From Escherichia coli (GTDB taxonomy: Bacteria > Pseudomonadota > Gammaproteobacteria > Enterobacterales > Enterobacteriaceae), in assembly GCF_003019035.1 (NCBI RefSeq), contig NZ_CP027447.1: a stretch of DNA of 64,000 nt, one strand, 5' to 3'. The position numbers were made by a program, and so were the translations under genes. Below are positions 41,036-53,577 of the stretch, piece after piece. The notes below the pieces were generated by a model. The model made no database searches and was not told the DNA's origin. It saw nothing but the letters and a program-made list of their open reading frames with translations. How positions within the stretch are numbered: position 1 is the stretch's first letter; each line of letters opens with the position of its first letter.

Positions 41036-41467
41036 ATGACTACATTACGTCAGCCTTACTACGAACTTAGCCCGGCAGTGTATAACGCACTAGTGCAGGC
41101 CAAAACGGCACTGGAAAATAGCACGCTGGATACCACGTTGATGGAGTTAGTTTATTTGCGCGTCTCGCAAATCAACGGCTGCGCATTTTGTCTGGAGATG
41201 CACAGCAAAGCATTGCGCAAATCCGGCGTGCCACAGCACAAACTGGACGCCCTGGCAGGTTGGCGCGTAAGCCATCATTTTGATGAACGCGAGCGGGCGG
41301 CGCTGGCATGGGCGGAATCGGTAACCGAAATTGCCAGAACCCATGCGGAAGACGAGGTTTATCAGCCTTTGCTTGAGCATTTCAGCGCAGCAGAGATCAG
41401 CGACTTAACGTTTGCCATCGGGCTGATGAATTGTTTTAACCGTCTGGCCGTTTCCATGCGGATGTAA
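41036..41467 (+). CDS. carboxymuconolactone decarboxylase / AhpD-like family protein
   Basis: 143 aa; CxxCxxxH motif (CAFCLEMH) characteristic of the AhpD/CMD family; divergent from the MocR-type regulator. Confidence 0.7.
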   Translation: MTTLRQPYYELSPAVYNALVQAKTALENSTLDTTLMELVYLRVSQINGCAFCLEMHSKALRKSGVPQHKLDALAGWRVSHHFDERERAALAWAESVTEIARTHAEDEVYQPLLEHFSAAEISDLTFAIGLMNCFNRLAVSMRM

Positions 41468-41554
41468 CTTCTTGATGCCGGGTATTCGCCCGGCAAAAAA
41501 ACACAAAATCCCCTACCCCGTTGAGCCATTCATCGGTGGCGTAACCAATCTAAA

Positions 41555-41605
41555 ATTCCCATATCTTGTGTGGTTGAATCTTTTTTCAACTACATCTAGT
41601 ATCTC
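41555..41605 (+). promoter_or_regulatory. nrdHIEF promoter region with NrdR-box-like motifs
   Basis: CCCATATCTTGTGTGG and AACTACATCTAGTATC resemble the NrdR box consensus (acaCwAtATaTwGtgt); exact boundaries uncertain. Confidence 0.35.
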
Positions 41606-41675
41606 TGTATCAACAGAGAGACAACCCGACGCGTATCATCGCGCCGTATCTTCATTTTAAACGGAAATACGAATC

Positions 41676-41921
41676 ATGCGCATTACTATTTACACTCGTA
41701 ACGATTGCGTTCAGTGCCACGCCACCAAACGGGCGATGGAAAACCGGGGCTTTGATTTTGAAATGATTAATGTCGATCGCGTTCCTGAAGCGGCAGAAAC
41801 GCTGCGTGCTCAGGGCTTTCGTCAGTTGCCGGTTGTGATTGCAGGCGATCTTAGCTGGTCTGGTTTCCGCCCGGACATGATCAATCGTCTGCATCCAGCG
41901 CCACACGCGGCCAGTGCATGA
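41676..41921 (+). CDS. nrdH: glutaredoxin-like protein NrdH
   Basis: 81 aa; CVQC redox motif; [21 protein letters not shown]. Confidence 0.95.
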
Positions 41922-42328
41922 GCCAGCTCGTCTACTTTTCCAGCAGCTCCGAAAATACGCAGCGTTTTATCGAACGTTTAGGGCTGCCCGCGGTGCGCAT
42001 CCCGCTCAATGAGCGGGAACGGATTCAGGTAGACGAGCCTTACATCCTGATCGTGCCCTCTTACGGCGGCGGCGGTACGGCTGGCGCGGTGCCACGACAG
42101 GTCATTCGCTTTTTAAACGACGAGCATAACCGGGCGTTGCTGCGCGGCGTTATTGCTTCGGGTAATCGCAACTTTGGTGAGGCATATGGCCGCGCCGGAG
42201 ATGTGATTGCCCGGAAATGCGGCGTGCCGTGGCTGTACCGCTTTGAACTCATGGGTACGCAAAGCGATATCGAAAACGTTCGTAAAGGAGTAACCGAATT
42301 TTGGCAACGACAACCGCAGAACGCCTGA
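41918..42328 (+). CDS. nrdI: ribonucleotide reductase stimulatory flavodoxin NrdI
   Basis: 136 aa; [21 protein letters not shown]; overlaps nrdH stop. Confidence 0.95.
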
Positions 42329-44445
42329 CGCAGGAAACGATGGATTATCACGCTCTGAATGCGATGCTTAACCTTTACGATAGCGCAGGTCGCATTCAGT
42401 TCGATAAAGATCGCCAGGCAGTAGACGCCTTTATGACAACGCATGTGCGTCCGAACAGTGTGGCCTTCAGTAGCCAGCAGCAGCGCCTGAACTGGCTGGT
42501 TAACGAAGGTTACTATGATGAAAGCGTCCTTAATCGCTACTCTCGCGATTTTGTCATTACGCTGTTTGCCCACGCGCACGCCAGCGGTTTTCGTTTCCAG
42601 ACATTCCTCGGAGCATGGAAGTTTTACACCAGCTATACGTTGAAGACATTCGACGGTAAGCGTTATCTGGAAGATTTTGCCGATCGCGTCACGATGGTGG
42701 CGCTGACGCTGGCACAAGGCGATGAAACACTGGCGACGCAGCTCACTGATGAGATGCTGTCAGGACGCTTTCAGCCAGCCACGCCAACATTCCTCAACTG
42801 CGGTAAGCAGCAGCGCGGCGAACTGGTTTCCTGTTTTCTGCTGCGTATTGAAGACAATATGGAGTCGATTGGCCGGGCAGTAAATTCCGCACTACAACTG
42901 TCGAAACGCGGCGGCGGCGTAGCATTTTTGCTGTCGAATCTGCGGGAAGCGGGCGCGCCAATTAAACGTATTGAAAATCAATCTTCTGGCGTGATTCCGG
43001 TGATGAAAATGCTGGAAGACGCATTTTCCTATGCCAACCAACTCGGCGCGCGTCAGGGGGCTGGGGCAGTCTATTTACATGCTCATCATCCCGATATTCT
43101 GCGTTTTCTCGATACAAAACGGGAAAATGCCGACGAAAAAATCCGCATTAAAACACTGTCGCTGGGCGTGGTGATCCCGGATATCACTTTCCATCTGGCG
43201 AAAGAGAATGCGCAGATGGCGCTGTTTTCGCCCTATGACGTTGAGCGGGTTTATGGCAAGCCGTTTGCCGATGTCGCCATCAGCGAACGCTATGACGAAC
43301 TGGTTGCCGATGAACGCATTCGCAAAAAATACCTCAACGCCCGTGATTTCTTCCAGCGACTGGCAGAGATCCAGTTTGAGTCTGGCTATCCGTACATCAT
43401 GTATGAAGACACGGTTAACCGTGCTAACCCTATCGCCGGGCGCATAAATATGAGCAATCTCTGCTCAGAAATTTTGCAGGTTAACAGCGCCTCAGAGTAT
43501 GACGAGAATCTCGACTATGCTCGTACAGGACATGATATTTCCTGCAATCTAGGGTCGTTGAATATTGCCCACACCATGGATTCCCCCGACTTTGCCCGCA
43601 CGGTAGAGACTGCCGTACGCGGTTTAACGGCGGTGTCAGATATGAGTCATATCCGCAGCGTGCCGTCCATCGAAGCCGGAAATGCCGCCTCACACGCCAT
43701 CGGTCTGGGGCAGATGAATTTACACGGTTATCTGGCGCGAGAAGGCATCGCTTATGGTTCGCCGGAAGCACTGGATTTCACCAATCTCTATTTCTATACC
43801 ATCACCTGGCACGCACTGCGTACCTCGATGTTGCTGGCGCGCGAACGCGGTGAAACCTTCGCCGGGTTCAAACAGTCACGCTATGCCAGTGGTGAATATT
43901 TCAGCCAATATCTGCAAAGTAACTGGCAGCCGAAAACGGCGAAAGTTGGCGAACTGTTTGCCCGTAGTGGTGTTACGTTACCTACCCGTGAGATGTGGGC
44001 GCAGCTGCGCGACGACGTGATGCGCTATGGCATATACAACCAGAATCTCCAGGCGGTGCCCCCAACCGGTTCTATCTCTTATATCAACCATGCCACGTCG
44101 AGTATTCATCCGATTGTGGCGAAAGTAGAGATACGCAAAGAGGGCAAAACAGGACGCGTTTACTACCCTGCCCCGTTTATGACTAACGAAAATCTGGCGC
44201 TGTATCAGGACGCTTACGAAATCGGCGCAGAAAAGATCATCGACACCTACGCGGAAGCGACTCGCCATGTCGATCAGGGGCTGTCGCTGACGCTGTTTTT
44301 CCCCGATACCGCCACCACTCGCGATATCAACAAAGCGCAGATTTACGCCTGGCGCAAGGGTATCAAAACGCTCTATTACATTCGCCTGCGTCAGATGGCG
44401 CTGGAAGGCACTGAAATTGAAGGCTGCGTCTCCTGTGCACTTTAA
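42301..44445 (+). CDS. nrdE: class Ib ribonucleotide reductase alpha subunit NrdE
   Basis: 714 aa; matches E. coli NrdE; C-terminal redox cysteines (CVSCAL). Confidence 0.95.
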
Positions 44446-45414
<969 letters not shown>

Positions 45415-45673
45415 GGGGGTTATTTTCAAAAATATCACTACCCGCGACAGGGAAATAATTCCCGCCAAATAGCTTTTTATCACGCAAATATTTTGTGGTG
45501 ATCTACACTGACACTCTGTTGCATTATTCGCCTGAAACCACAATATTCAGGCGTTTTTTCGCTATCTTTGATAAAAAATATCAACTTTTCTCGATTTGCT
45601 CTCAGCCCTTATATCATGGGAAATTCCGGCGATTTGCTCACATCAATATTCATGCCACATTTGCCATCAGGGG

Positions 45674-45701
45674 TTGCCTCAGATTCTCAGTATGTTAGGG
45701 T
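45674..45701 (+). promoter_or_regulatory. proU (proVWX) osmoregulated sigma70 promoter, -35 TTGCCT / -10 TAGGGT
   Basis: TTGCCT at 45674-45679 and TAGGGT at 45696-45701 with a 16-bp spacer, about 70 bp upstream of proV; matches the described proU P2 promoter hexamers. Confidence 0.6.
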
Positions 45702-45769
45702 AGAAAAAAGTGACTATTTCCATTGGGTAATGTATCGACATAAACAAATAACAGGAATCTTTCTATTGC

Positions 45770-46972
45770 ATGGCAATTAAATTAGAAATTAAAAATCTTT
45801 ATAAAATATTTGGTGAGCATCCACAGCGAGCTTTCAAATATATCGAACAAGGACTTTCAAAAGAACAAATTCTGGAAAAAACTGGGCTATCGCTTGGCGT
45901 AAAAGACGCCAGTCTGGCCATTGAAGAAGGCGAGATATTTGTCATCATGGGATTATCCGGTTCGGGTAAATCCACAATGGTACGCCTTCTCAATCGCCTG
46001 ATTGAACCCACCCGCGGGCAAGTGCTGATTGATGGTGTGGATATTGCCAAAATATCCGACGCCGAACTCCGTGAGGTGCGCAGAAAAAAGATTGCGATGG
46101 TCTTCCAGTCCTTTGCCTTAATGCCGCATATGACCGTGCTGGACAATACTGCGTTCGGTATGGAACTGGCCGGAATTAATGCCGAAGAACGCCGGGAAAA
46201 AGCCCTTGATGCACTGCGTCAGGTCGGGCTGGAAAATTATGCCCACAGCTACCCGGATGAACTCTCTGGCGGGATGCGTCAACGTGTGGGATTAGCCCGC
46301 GCGTTAGCGATTAATCCGGATATATTATTAATGGACGAAGCCTTCTCGGCGCTCGATCCATTAATTCGCACTGAGATGCAGGATGAGCTGGTAAAATTAC
46401 AGGCGAAACATCAGCGCACCATTGTCTTTATTTCCCACGATCTCGATGAAGCTATGCGTATTGGTGACCGAATTGCCATTATGCAAAATGGTGAAGTGGT
46501 GCAGGTTGGTACACCGGATGAAATTCTTAATAATCCGGCGAATGATTATGTCCGTACCTTCTTCCGTGGCGTCGATATTAGCCAGGTGTTCAGTGCGAAA
46601 GATATTGCCCGTCGTACACCGAACGGCTTAATTCGTAAAACCCCCGGCTTCGGCCCGCGTTCGGCACTGAAATTATTGCAGGATGAAGATCGCGAATATG
46701 GCTACGTCATCGAACGCGGTAATAAGTTTGTCGGCGCTGTGTCTATCGATTCGCTTAAAGCCGCGTTAACGCAGCAGCAAGGTCTTGATGCGGCGCTGAT
46801 TGATGCGCCGTTAGCGGTCGATGCACAAACGCCTCTTAGCGAGTTGCTCTCTCATGTCGGACAGGCACCCTGTGCGGTGCCCGTGGTCGACGAGGACCAA
46901 CAGTATGTCGGCATCATTTCGAAAGGAATGCTGCTGCGCGCTTTAGATCGTGAGGGGGTAAATAATGGCTGA
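45770..46972 (+). CDS. proV: glycine betaine/proline ABC transporter ATP-binding protein ProV
   Basis: 400 aa; Walker [13 protein letters not shown] signature LSGGMRQR, C-terminal CBS domains. Confidence 0.95.
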   Translation: MAIKLEIKNLYKIFGEHPQRAFKYIEQGLSKEQILEKTGLSLGVKDASLAIEEGEIFVIMGLSGSGKSTMVRLLNRLIEPTRGQVLIDGVDIAKISDAELREVRRKKIAMVFQSFALMPHMTVLDNTAFGMELAGINAEERREKALDALRQVGLENYAHSYPDELSGGMRQRVGLARALAINPDILLMDEAFSALDPLIRTEMQDELVKLQAKHQRTIVFISHDLDEAMRIGDRIAIMQNGEVVQVGTPDEILNNPANDYVRTFFRGVDISQVFSAKDIARRTPNGLIRKTPGFGPRSALKLLQDEDREYGYVIERGNKFVGAVSIDSLKAALTQQQGLDAALIDAPLAVDAQTPLSELLSHVGQAPCAVPVVDEDQQYVGIISKGMLLRALDREGVNNG

Positions 46973-48029
46973 TCAAAATAATCCGTGGGATACCACGCCA
47001 GCGGCGGACAGTGCCGCACAATCCGCAGACGCCTGGGGTACACCGGCTGCTGCACCGACTGACGGCGGTGGTGCTGACTGGCTGACCAGTACGCCTGCGC
47101 CAAACGTCGAGCATTTTAATATTCTCGATCCGTTCCATAAAACTCTGATCCCGCTCGACAGTTGGGTCACTGAAGGGATCGACTGGGTCGTTACCCATTT
47201 TCGTCCCGTCTTTCAGGGCGTGCGCGTTCCGGTTGATTACATCCTCAACGGTTTCCAGCAATTGCTGCTGGGTATGCCCGCGCCGGTGGCGATTATCGTT
47301 TTCGCTCTCATCGCCTGGCAGATTTCCGGGGTCGGAATGGGCGTGGCGACGCTGGTTTCGCTGATTGCCATCGGCGCAATCGGTGCCTGGTCGCAGGCAA
47401 TGGTTACTCTGGCGCTGGTGTTAACCGCCCTGCTGTTCTGTATCGTCATCGGTTTACCGTTGGGGATCTGGCTGGCGAGAAGTCCGCGAGCAGCGAAAAT
47501 TATTCGTCCACTGCTTGATGCCATGCAGACCACGCCCGCGTTTGTTTATCTGGTGCCAATCGTCATGCTGTTTGGTATCGGTAACGTGCCGGGCGTGGTG
47601 GTGACGATCATCTTTGCGCTGCCGCCGATTATCCGTCTGACGATTCTGGGAATTAACCAGGTTCCGGCGGATCTGATTGAAGCCTCGCGCTCATTCGGTG
47701 CCAGCCCGCGCCAGATGCTGTTCAAAGTTCAGTTACCGCTGGCGATGCCAACCATTATGGCGGGCGTTAACCAGACGCTGATGCTGGCCCTTTCTATGGT
47801 GGTCATCGCCTCGATGATTGCCGTCGGCGGGCTGGGTCAGATGGTACTTCGCGGTATCGGTCGTCTGGATATGGGGCTTGCCACCGTTGGCGGCGTCGGG
47901 ATTGTGATCCTCGCCATTATCCTCGATCGCCTGACGCAGGCCGTTGGGCGCGACTCACGCAGTCGCGGCAACCGTCGCTGGTACACCACTGGCCCTGTCG
48001 GTCTTCTGACCCGCCCATTCATTAAGTAA
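46965..48029 (+). CDS. proW: glycine betaine/proline ABC transporter permease ProW
   Basis: 354 aa; multi-TM permease; overlaps proV stop. Confidence 0.95.
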   Translation: MADQNNPWDTTPAADSAAQSADAWGTPAAAPTDGGGADWLTSTPAPNVEHFNILDPFHKTLIPLDSWVTEGIDWVVTHFRPVFQGVRVPVDYILNGFQQLLLGMPAPVAIIVFALIAWQISGVGMGVATLVSLIAIGAIGAWSQAMVTLALVLTALLFCIVIGLPLGIWLARSPRAAKIIRPLLDAMQTTPAFVYLVPIVMLFGIGNVPGVVVTIIFALPPIIRLTILGINQVPADLIEASRSFGASPRQMLFKVQLPLAMPTIMAGVNQTLMLALSMVVIASMIAVGGLGQMVLRGIGRLDMGLATVGGVGIVILAIILDRLTQAVGRDSRSRGNRRWYTTGPVGLLTRPFIK

Positions 48030-48086
48030 CTCTGCACTTGCCCGGTGACGCCGGGCATTATCACCCTGCCAAAAAAAGGAATAACA

Positions 48087-49079
48087 ATGCGACATAGCGT
48101 ACTTTTTGCGACAGCGTTTGCCACGCTTATCTCTACACAAACTTTTGCTGCCGACCTGCCGGGCAAAGGCATTACTGTTAATCCGGTTCAGAGCACCATC
48201 ACCGAAGAAACTTTCCAGACGCTGCTGGTCAGCCGCGCGCTGGAGAAATTAGGTTATACCGTCAATAAACCCAGCGAAGTGGATTACAACGTTGGGTACA
48301 CCTCGCTTGCTTCCGGCGATGCAACCTTCACCGCCGTGAACTGGACGCCGCTGCATGACAACATGTACGAAGCTGCCGGTGGCGATAAGAAATTTTATCG
48401 TGAAGGAGTATTTGTTAACGGCGCGGCACAGGGTTACCTGATCGATAAGAAAACCGCCGACCAGTATAAAATTACCAACATCGCGCAACTTAAAGATCCG
48501 AAGATCGCCAAACTGTTCGATACCAACGGCGACGGTAAAGCGGATTTAACCGGCTGTAACCCAGGCTGGGGCTGCGAAGGTGCGATCAACCACCAGCTTG
48601 CCGCGTATGGACTGACCAATACCGTGACGCATAATCAGGGGAACTACGCAGCGATGATGGCTGACACCATCAGTCGTTACAAAGAGGGTAAGCCGGTGTT
48701 TTACTACACCTGGACGCCGTACTGGGTGAGTAACGAACTGAAACCGGGGAAAGATGTGGTCTGGTTGCAGGTGCCGTTCTCCGCACTGCCGGGCGATAAA
48801 AATGCCGATACCAAACTGCCGAATGGCGCGAATTACGGCTTCCCGGTCAGTACCATGCATATCGTTGCCAACAAAGCCTGGGCCGAGAAAAATCCGGCGG
48901 CAGCGAAACTGTTTGCCATTATGCAGTTGCCAGTGGCAGATATTAACGCCCAGAACGCCATTATGCATGACGGCAAAGCCTCAGAAGGCGATATTCAGGG
49001 CCACGTTGATGGCTGGATCAAAGCCCACCAGCAGCAGTTCGATGGCTGGGTGAATGAAGCGCTGGCAGCGCAGAAGTAA
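48087..49079 (+). CDS. proX: glycine betaine-binding periplasmic protein ProX
   Basis: Translation from [21 protein letters not shown] (signal peptide), 330 aa; ATG at 48087. Confidence 0.95.
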   Translation: MRHSVLFATAFATLISTQTFAADLPGKGITVNPVQSTITEETFQTLLVSRALEKLGYTVNKPSEVDYNVGYTSLASGDATFTAVNWTPLHDNMYEAAGGDKKFYREGVFVNGAAQGYLIDKKTADQYKITNIAQLKDPKIAKLFDTNGDGKADLTGCNPGWGCEGAINHQLAAYGLTNTVTHNQGNYAAMMADTISRYKEGKPVFYYTWTPYWVSNELKPGKDVVWLQVPFSALPGDKNADTKLPNGANYGFPVSTMHIVANKAWAEKNPAAAKLFAIMQLPVADINAQNAIMHDGKASEGDIQGHVDGWIKAHQQQFDGWVNEALAAQK

Positions 49080-49084
49080 TTTTT

Positions 49085-49170
49085 ATTCGGGCGGATAAGG
49101 CGTTTTTGCCTCATCCGCCGCTCTGTACACAATGCCTGATGCGACGCTGGCGCGTCTTATCATACCTACA
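49085..49170. repeat. REP/BIME elements downstream of proX
   Basis: GCGGATAAGGCGTTTTTGCCTCATCCGCC and GCCTGATGCGACGCTGGCGCGTCTTATCATACCTAC REP units. Confidence 0.7.
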
Positions 49171-49270
49171 AACCACACCGCACATTTCAACAATCTATCT
49201 TTCATCCCATATTCATCAACATCCGCTATTATTGATTTCCAGCTTAATCATCACCTGATGAACAAAAATA

Positions 49271-50455
49271 ATGACTAAACCTAATCATGAGCTTAGCCCG
49301 GCGCTGATCGTGCTGATGTCTATCGCCACCGGTCTGGCGGTAGCCAGTAACTATTACGCCCAGCCATTGCTCGACACCATCGCGCGTAACTTTTCCCTTT
49401 CCGCCAGTTCGGCAGGCTTTATTGTTACCACCGCGCAGTTGGGCTATGCCGCAGGTCTGCTGTTTCTTGTTCCCCTCGGTGATATGTTTGAACGCCGCCG
49501 CCTGATTGTCTCGATGACCTTACTGGCGGCAGGCGGCATGTTAATCACTGCCAGCAGTCAGTCGCTGGCGATGATGATCCTCGGTACGGCATTAACCGGT
49601 TTATTCTCAGTCGTGGCACAAATTCTGGTTCCGCTGGCAGCGACGCTGGCTTCACCGGACAAACGCGGCAAAGTGGTCGGCACCATTATGAGCGGGCTGC
49701 TGTTGGGGATCTTGCTGGCACGGACCGTTGCCGGATTGCTGGCGAGTCTCGGTGGCTGGCGAACTGTCTTTTGGGTCGCTTCGGTATTAATGGCACTGAT
49801 GGCGCTGGCGTTATGGCGTGGTCTGCCACAAATGAAATCAGAAACCCACCTCAACTACCCACAGTTGCTAGGTTCTGTTTTCAGCATGTTTATCAGCGAT
49901 AAAATCCTGCGCACCCGCGCGTTGCTGGGCTGCCTGACCTTTGCCAACTTCAGCATTCTCTGGACCTCGATGGCCTTTTTGCTTGCCGCTCCACCTTTTA
50001 ACTACAGCGATGGCGTAATTGGTCTGTTCGGACTTGCAGGAGCTGCAGGGGCGTTAGGCGCTCGTCCGGCGGGCGGTTTTGCCGATAAGGGCAAATCACA
50101 CCTCACCACAACTTTCGGCCTGCTGCTGCTGTTACTTTCATGGCTGGCTATCTGGTTTGGACACACTTCTGTACTGGCGCTGGTTATCGGCATCCTGGTG
50201 CTGGATCTCACCGTGCAGGGCGTGCATATCACTAACCAGACGGTAATTTATCGAATTTACCCCGATGCGCGTAATCGCCTGACTGCAGGTTACATGACCA
50301 GCTACTTTATTGGCGGTGCTGCCGGTTCGCTAATTTCAGCCTCAGCCTGGCAACATGGCGGTTGGGCAGGCGTTTGTCTGGCTGGCGCGACGATTGCCCT
50401 GGTTAACTTACTGGTCTGGTGGCGAGGTTTTCATCGTCAGGAAGCCGCAATTTAA
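49271..50455 (+). CDS. ygaY: MFS transporter YgaY (intact here)
   Basis: 394-aa uninterrupted ORF with 12-TM MFS profile; position between proX and ygaZ. Confidence 0.85.
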   Translation: MTKPNHELSPALIVLMSIATGLAVASNYYAQPLLDTIARNFSLSASSAGFIVTTAQLGYAAGLLFLVPLGDMFERRRLIVSMTLLAAGGMLITASSQSLAMMILGTALTGLFSVVAQILVPLAATLASPDKRGKVVGTIMSGLLLGILLARTVAGLLASLGGWRTVFWVASVLMALMALALWRGLPQMKSETHLNYPQLLGSVFSMFISDKILRTRALLGCLTFANFSILWTSMAFLLAAPPFNYSDGVIGLFGLAGAAGALGARPAGGFADKGKSHLTTTFGLLLLLLSWLAIWFGHTSVLALVIGILVLDLTVQGVHITNQTVIYRIYPDARNRLTAGYMTSYFIGGAAGSLISASAWQHGGWAGVCLAGATIALVNLLVWWRGFHRQEAAI

Positions 50456-50578
50456 GCAATCAGCAACCGTTTTCGTGGCTTTACACTTATAAGGGTGTTA
50501 AGAAGCCCATCAGTCTGATAAGGTTAAGATATTCATTCAGTCTATTTATAATATTAACAATCGTTAAGCGTACACTCT

Positions 50579-51316
50579 ATGGAAAGCCCTACTCCACAGC
50601 CTGCTCCTGGTTCGGCGACCTTCATGGAAGGATGCAAAGACAGTTTACCGATTGTTATTAGTTATATTCCGGTGGCCTTTGCGTTCGGTCTGAATGCGAC
50701 CCGTCTGGGATTCTCTCCTCTCGAAAGCGTTTTTTTCTCCTGCATCATTTATGCAGGCGCGAGCCAGTTCGTCATTACCGCGATGCTGGCAGCCGGGAGT
50801 AGTTTGTGGGTTGCTGCACTGACCGTCATGGCAATGGATGTTCGCCATGTTTTGTATGGCCCGTCACTGCGTAGCCGTATTATTCAGCGTCTGCAAAAAT
50901 CGAAAACCGCCCTGTGGGCATTTGGCCTGACGGATGAGGTTTTTGCCGCCGCAACCGCAAAACTGGTACGCAATAATCGCCGCTGGAGCGAGAACTGGAT
51001 GATCGGCATTGCCTTCAGTTCATGGTCATCGTGGGTATTTGGTACGGTAATAGGGGCATTCTCCGGCAGCGGCTTGCTGCAAGGTTATCCCGCCGTTGAA
51101 GCAGCATTAGGTTTTATGCTTCCGGCACTCTTTATGAGTTTCCTGCTCGCCTCTTTCCAGCGCAAACAATCTCTTTGCGTTACCGCAGCGTTAGTTGGTG
51201 CCCTTGCAGGCGTAACGCTATTTTCTATTCCCGTCGCCATTCTGGCAGGCATTGTCTGTGGCTGCCTCACTGCGTTAATCCAGGCATTCTGGCAAGGAGC
51301 GCCCGATGAGCTATGA
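50579..51316 (+). CDS. ygaZ: L-valine exporter subunit YgaZ (AzlC family)
   Basis: 245 aa; AzlC-type membrane protein. Confidence 0.9.
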   Translation: MESPTPQPAPGSATFMEGCKDSLPIVISYIPVAFAFGLNATRLGFSPLESVFFSCIIYAGASQFVITAMLAAGSSLWVAALTVMAMDVRHVLYGPSLRSRIIQRLQKSKTALWAFGLTDEVFAAATAKLVRNNRRWSENWMIGIAFSSWSSWVFGTVIGAFSGSGLLQGYPAVEAALGFMLPALFMSFLLASFQRKQSLCVTAALVGALAGVTLFSIPVAILAGIVCGCLTALIQAFWQGAPDEL

Positions 51317-51641
51317 GGTTTTGCTGCTTGGGTTACTGGTTGGCGCGGCGAATTATTGCTTCCGCTATTTGCCGCTGCGCCTGCGTGTGGGTAATGCCCG
51401 CCCAACCAAACGTGGCGCGATAGGCATATTGCTCGACACCATTGGCATCGCCTCGATATGCGCTCTGCTGGTTGTCTCTACCGCACCAGAAGTGATGCAC
51501 GATACACGCCGTTTCGTGCCCACGCTGGTCGGCTTCGCGGTACTGGGTGCCAGTTTCTATAAAACACGCAGCATTATCATCCCAACACTGCTTAGTGCGC
51601 TGGCCTATGGGCTCGCCTGGAAAGTGATGGCGATTATATAA
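51306..51641 (+). CDS. ygaH: L-valine exporter subunit YgaH (AzlD family)
   Basis: 111 aa; overlaps ygaZ stop. Confidence 0.9.
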   Translation: MSYEVLLLGLLVGAANYCFRYLPLRLRVGNARPTKRGAIGILLDTIGIASICALLVVSTAPEVMHDTRRFVPTLVGFAVLGASFYKTRSIIIPTLLSALAYGLAWKVMAII

Positions 51642-51731
51642 CCCACAAGAATCATTTTTCTAAAACAATACATTTACTTTATTTGTCACTGTCGTTACTA
51701 TATCGGCTGAAATTAATGAGGTCATACCCAA

Positions 51732-52262
51732 ATGGATAGTTCGTTTACGCCCATTGAACAAATGCTAAAATTTCGCGCCAGCCGCCACGAAGATTTTCCT
51801 TATCAGGAGATCCTTCTGACTCGTCTTTGCATGCACATGCAAAGCAAGCTGCTGGAGAACCGCAATAAAATGCTGAAGGCTCAGGGGATTAACGAGACGT
51901 TGTTTATGGCGTTGATTACGCTGGAGTCTCAGGAAAACCACAGTATTCAGCCTTCTGAATTGAGTTGTGCTCTTGGATCATCCCGTACCAACGCGACGCG
52001 TATTGCCGATGAACTGGAAAAACGCGGTTGGATCGAACGTCGTGAAAGCGATAACGATCGCCGCTGCCTGCATCTGCAATTAACGGAAAAAGGTCACGAG
52101 TTTTTGCGCGAGGTTTTACCACCGCAGCATAACTGCCTGCATCAACTCTGGTCCGCGCTCAGCACAACAGAAAAAGATCAGCTCGAGCAAATCACCCGCA
52201 AATTGCTCTCCCGTCTCGACCAGATGGAACAAGACGGTGTGGTTCTCGAAGCGATGAGCTAA
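51732..52262 (+). CDS. mprA: MarR-family repressor MprA (EmrR)
   Basis: 176 aa; [25 protein letters not shown]... matches EmrR. Confidence 0.95.
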
Positions 52263-52310
52263 CGCGTCATCTCGCTCAAAAATCCAGATTTATAAAAGAA
52301 AAAATGACTG

Positions 52311-52338
52311 GCCAGCATCGCAACATGCTGGCCTTTTT
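52311..52338 (+). terminator. intergenic hairpin/terminator-attenuator between mprA and emrA
   Basis: Hairpin GCCAGCATCG-caa-CATGCTGGC followed by CTTTTTGG. Confidence 0.5.
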
Positions 52339-52388
52339 GGCAAGCAGGTCGGCTCAGCCGATGAGTTAAGAAGATCGTGGAGAACAAT

Positions 52389-53561
52389 ATGAGCGCAAAT
52401 GCGGAGACTCAAACCCCGCAGCAACCGGTAAAGAAGAGCGGCAAACGTAAGCGTCTGCTCCTCCTTCTCACCTTGCTCTTTATAATTATTGCCGTAGCGA
52501 TAGGGATTTATTGGTTTTTAGTACTGCGTCATTTCGAAGAAACCGATGACGCATACGTGGCAGGGAATCAGATTCAAATTATGTCTCAGGTGTCTGGCAG
52601 CGTGACGAAAGTCTGGGCCGATAACACCGATTTTGTAAAAGAAGGCGACGTGCTGGTCACTCTCGACCCGACAGATGCTCGCCAGGCGTTTGAAAAAGCC
52701 AAAACTGCACTGGCTTCCAGCGTTCGCCAAACCCACCAGCTGATGATTAACAGCAAACAGTTGCAGGCGAATATTGAGGTGCAAAAAATCGCCCTCGCGA
52801 AAGCACAAAGCGACTACAACCGCCGTGTGCCGCTGGGCAATGCCAACCTGATTGGTCGCGAAGAGCTGCAACACGCCCGTGACGCCGTCACCAGTGCCCA
52901 GGCGCAACTGGACGTCGCTATTCAACAATACAATGCCAATCAGGCGATGATTCTGGGGACGAAACTGGAAGATCAGCCTGCCGTACAACAGGCTGCCACC
53001 GAAGTACGTAACGCCTGGCTGGCGCTGGAGCGTACCCGTATTGTCAGTCCGATGACCGGTTATGTCTCCCGCCGCGCGGTACAGCCTGGGGCGCAAATTA
53101 GCCCAACGACGCCGCTGATGGCGGTCGTTCCAGCCACCAATATGTGGGTGGATGCCAACTTTAAAGAGACGCAGATTGCCAATATGCGTATCGGTCAGCC
53201 GGTCACCATCACCACCGATATTTACGGCGATGATGTGAAATACACCGGAAAAGTGGTTGGTCTGGATATGGGCACAGGTAGCGCGTTCTCACTGCTTCCG
53301 GCGCAAAATGCGACCGGTAACTGGATCAAAGTCGTTCAGCGTCTGCCTGTGCGTATTGAACTGGACCAGAAACAGCTCGAGCAATACCCGCTGCGTATCG
53401 GTTTGTCCACGCTGGTGAGCGTCAATACCACTAACCGTGACGGTCAGGTACTGGCAAATAAAGTACGTTCCACACCGGTCGCGGTAAGCACCGCGCGTGA
53501 AATCAGCCTGGCACCTGTCAATAAACTGATCGACGATATCGTAAAAGCTAACGCTGGCTAA
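52389..53561 (+). CDS. emrA: multidrug efflux membrane fusion protein EmrA
   Basis: Translation from MSANAETQTPQQPVKKSGKRKR; 390 aa. Confidence 0.95.
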   Translation: MSANAETQTPQQPVKKSGKRKRLLLLLTLLFIIIAVAIGIYWFLVLRHFEETDDAYVAGNQIQIMSQVSGSVTKVWADNTDFVKEGDVLVTLDPTDARQAFEKAKTALASSVRQTHQLMINSKQLQANIEVQKIALAKAQSDYNRRVPLGNANLIGREELQHARDAVTSAQAQLDVAIQQYNANQAMILGTKLEDQPAVQQAATEVRNAWLALERTRIVSPMTGYVSRRAVQPGAQISPTTPLMAVVPATNMWVDANFKETQIANMRIGQPVTITTDIYGDDVKYTGKVVGLDMGTGSAFSLLPAQNATGNWIKVVQRLPVRIELDQKQLEQYPLRIGLSTLVSVNTTNRDGQVLANKVRSTPVAVSTAREISLAPVNKLIDDIVKANAG

Positions 53562-53577
53562 TCCAGAGGTGCGTGTG

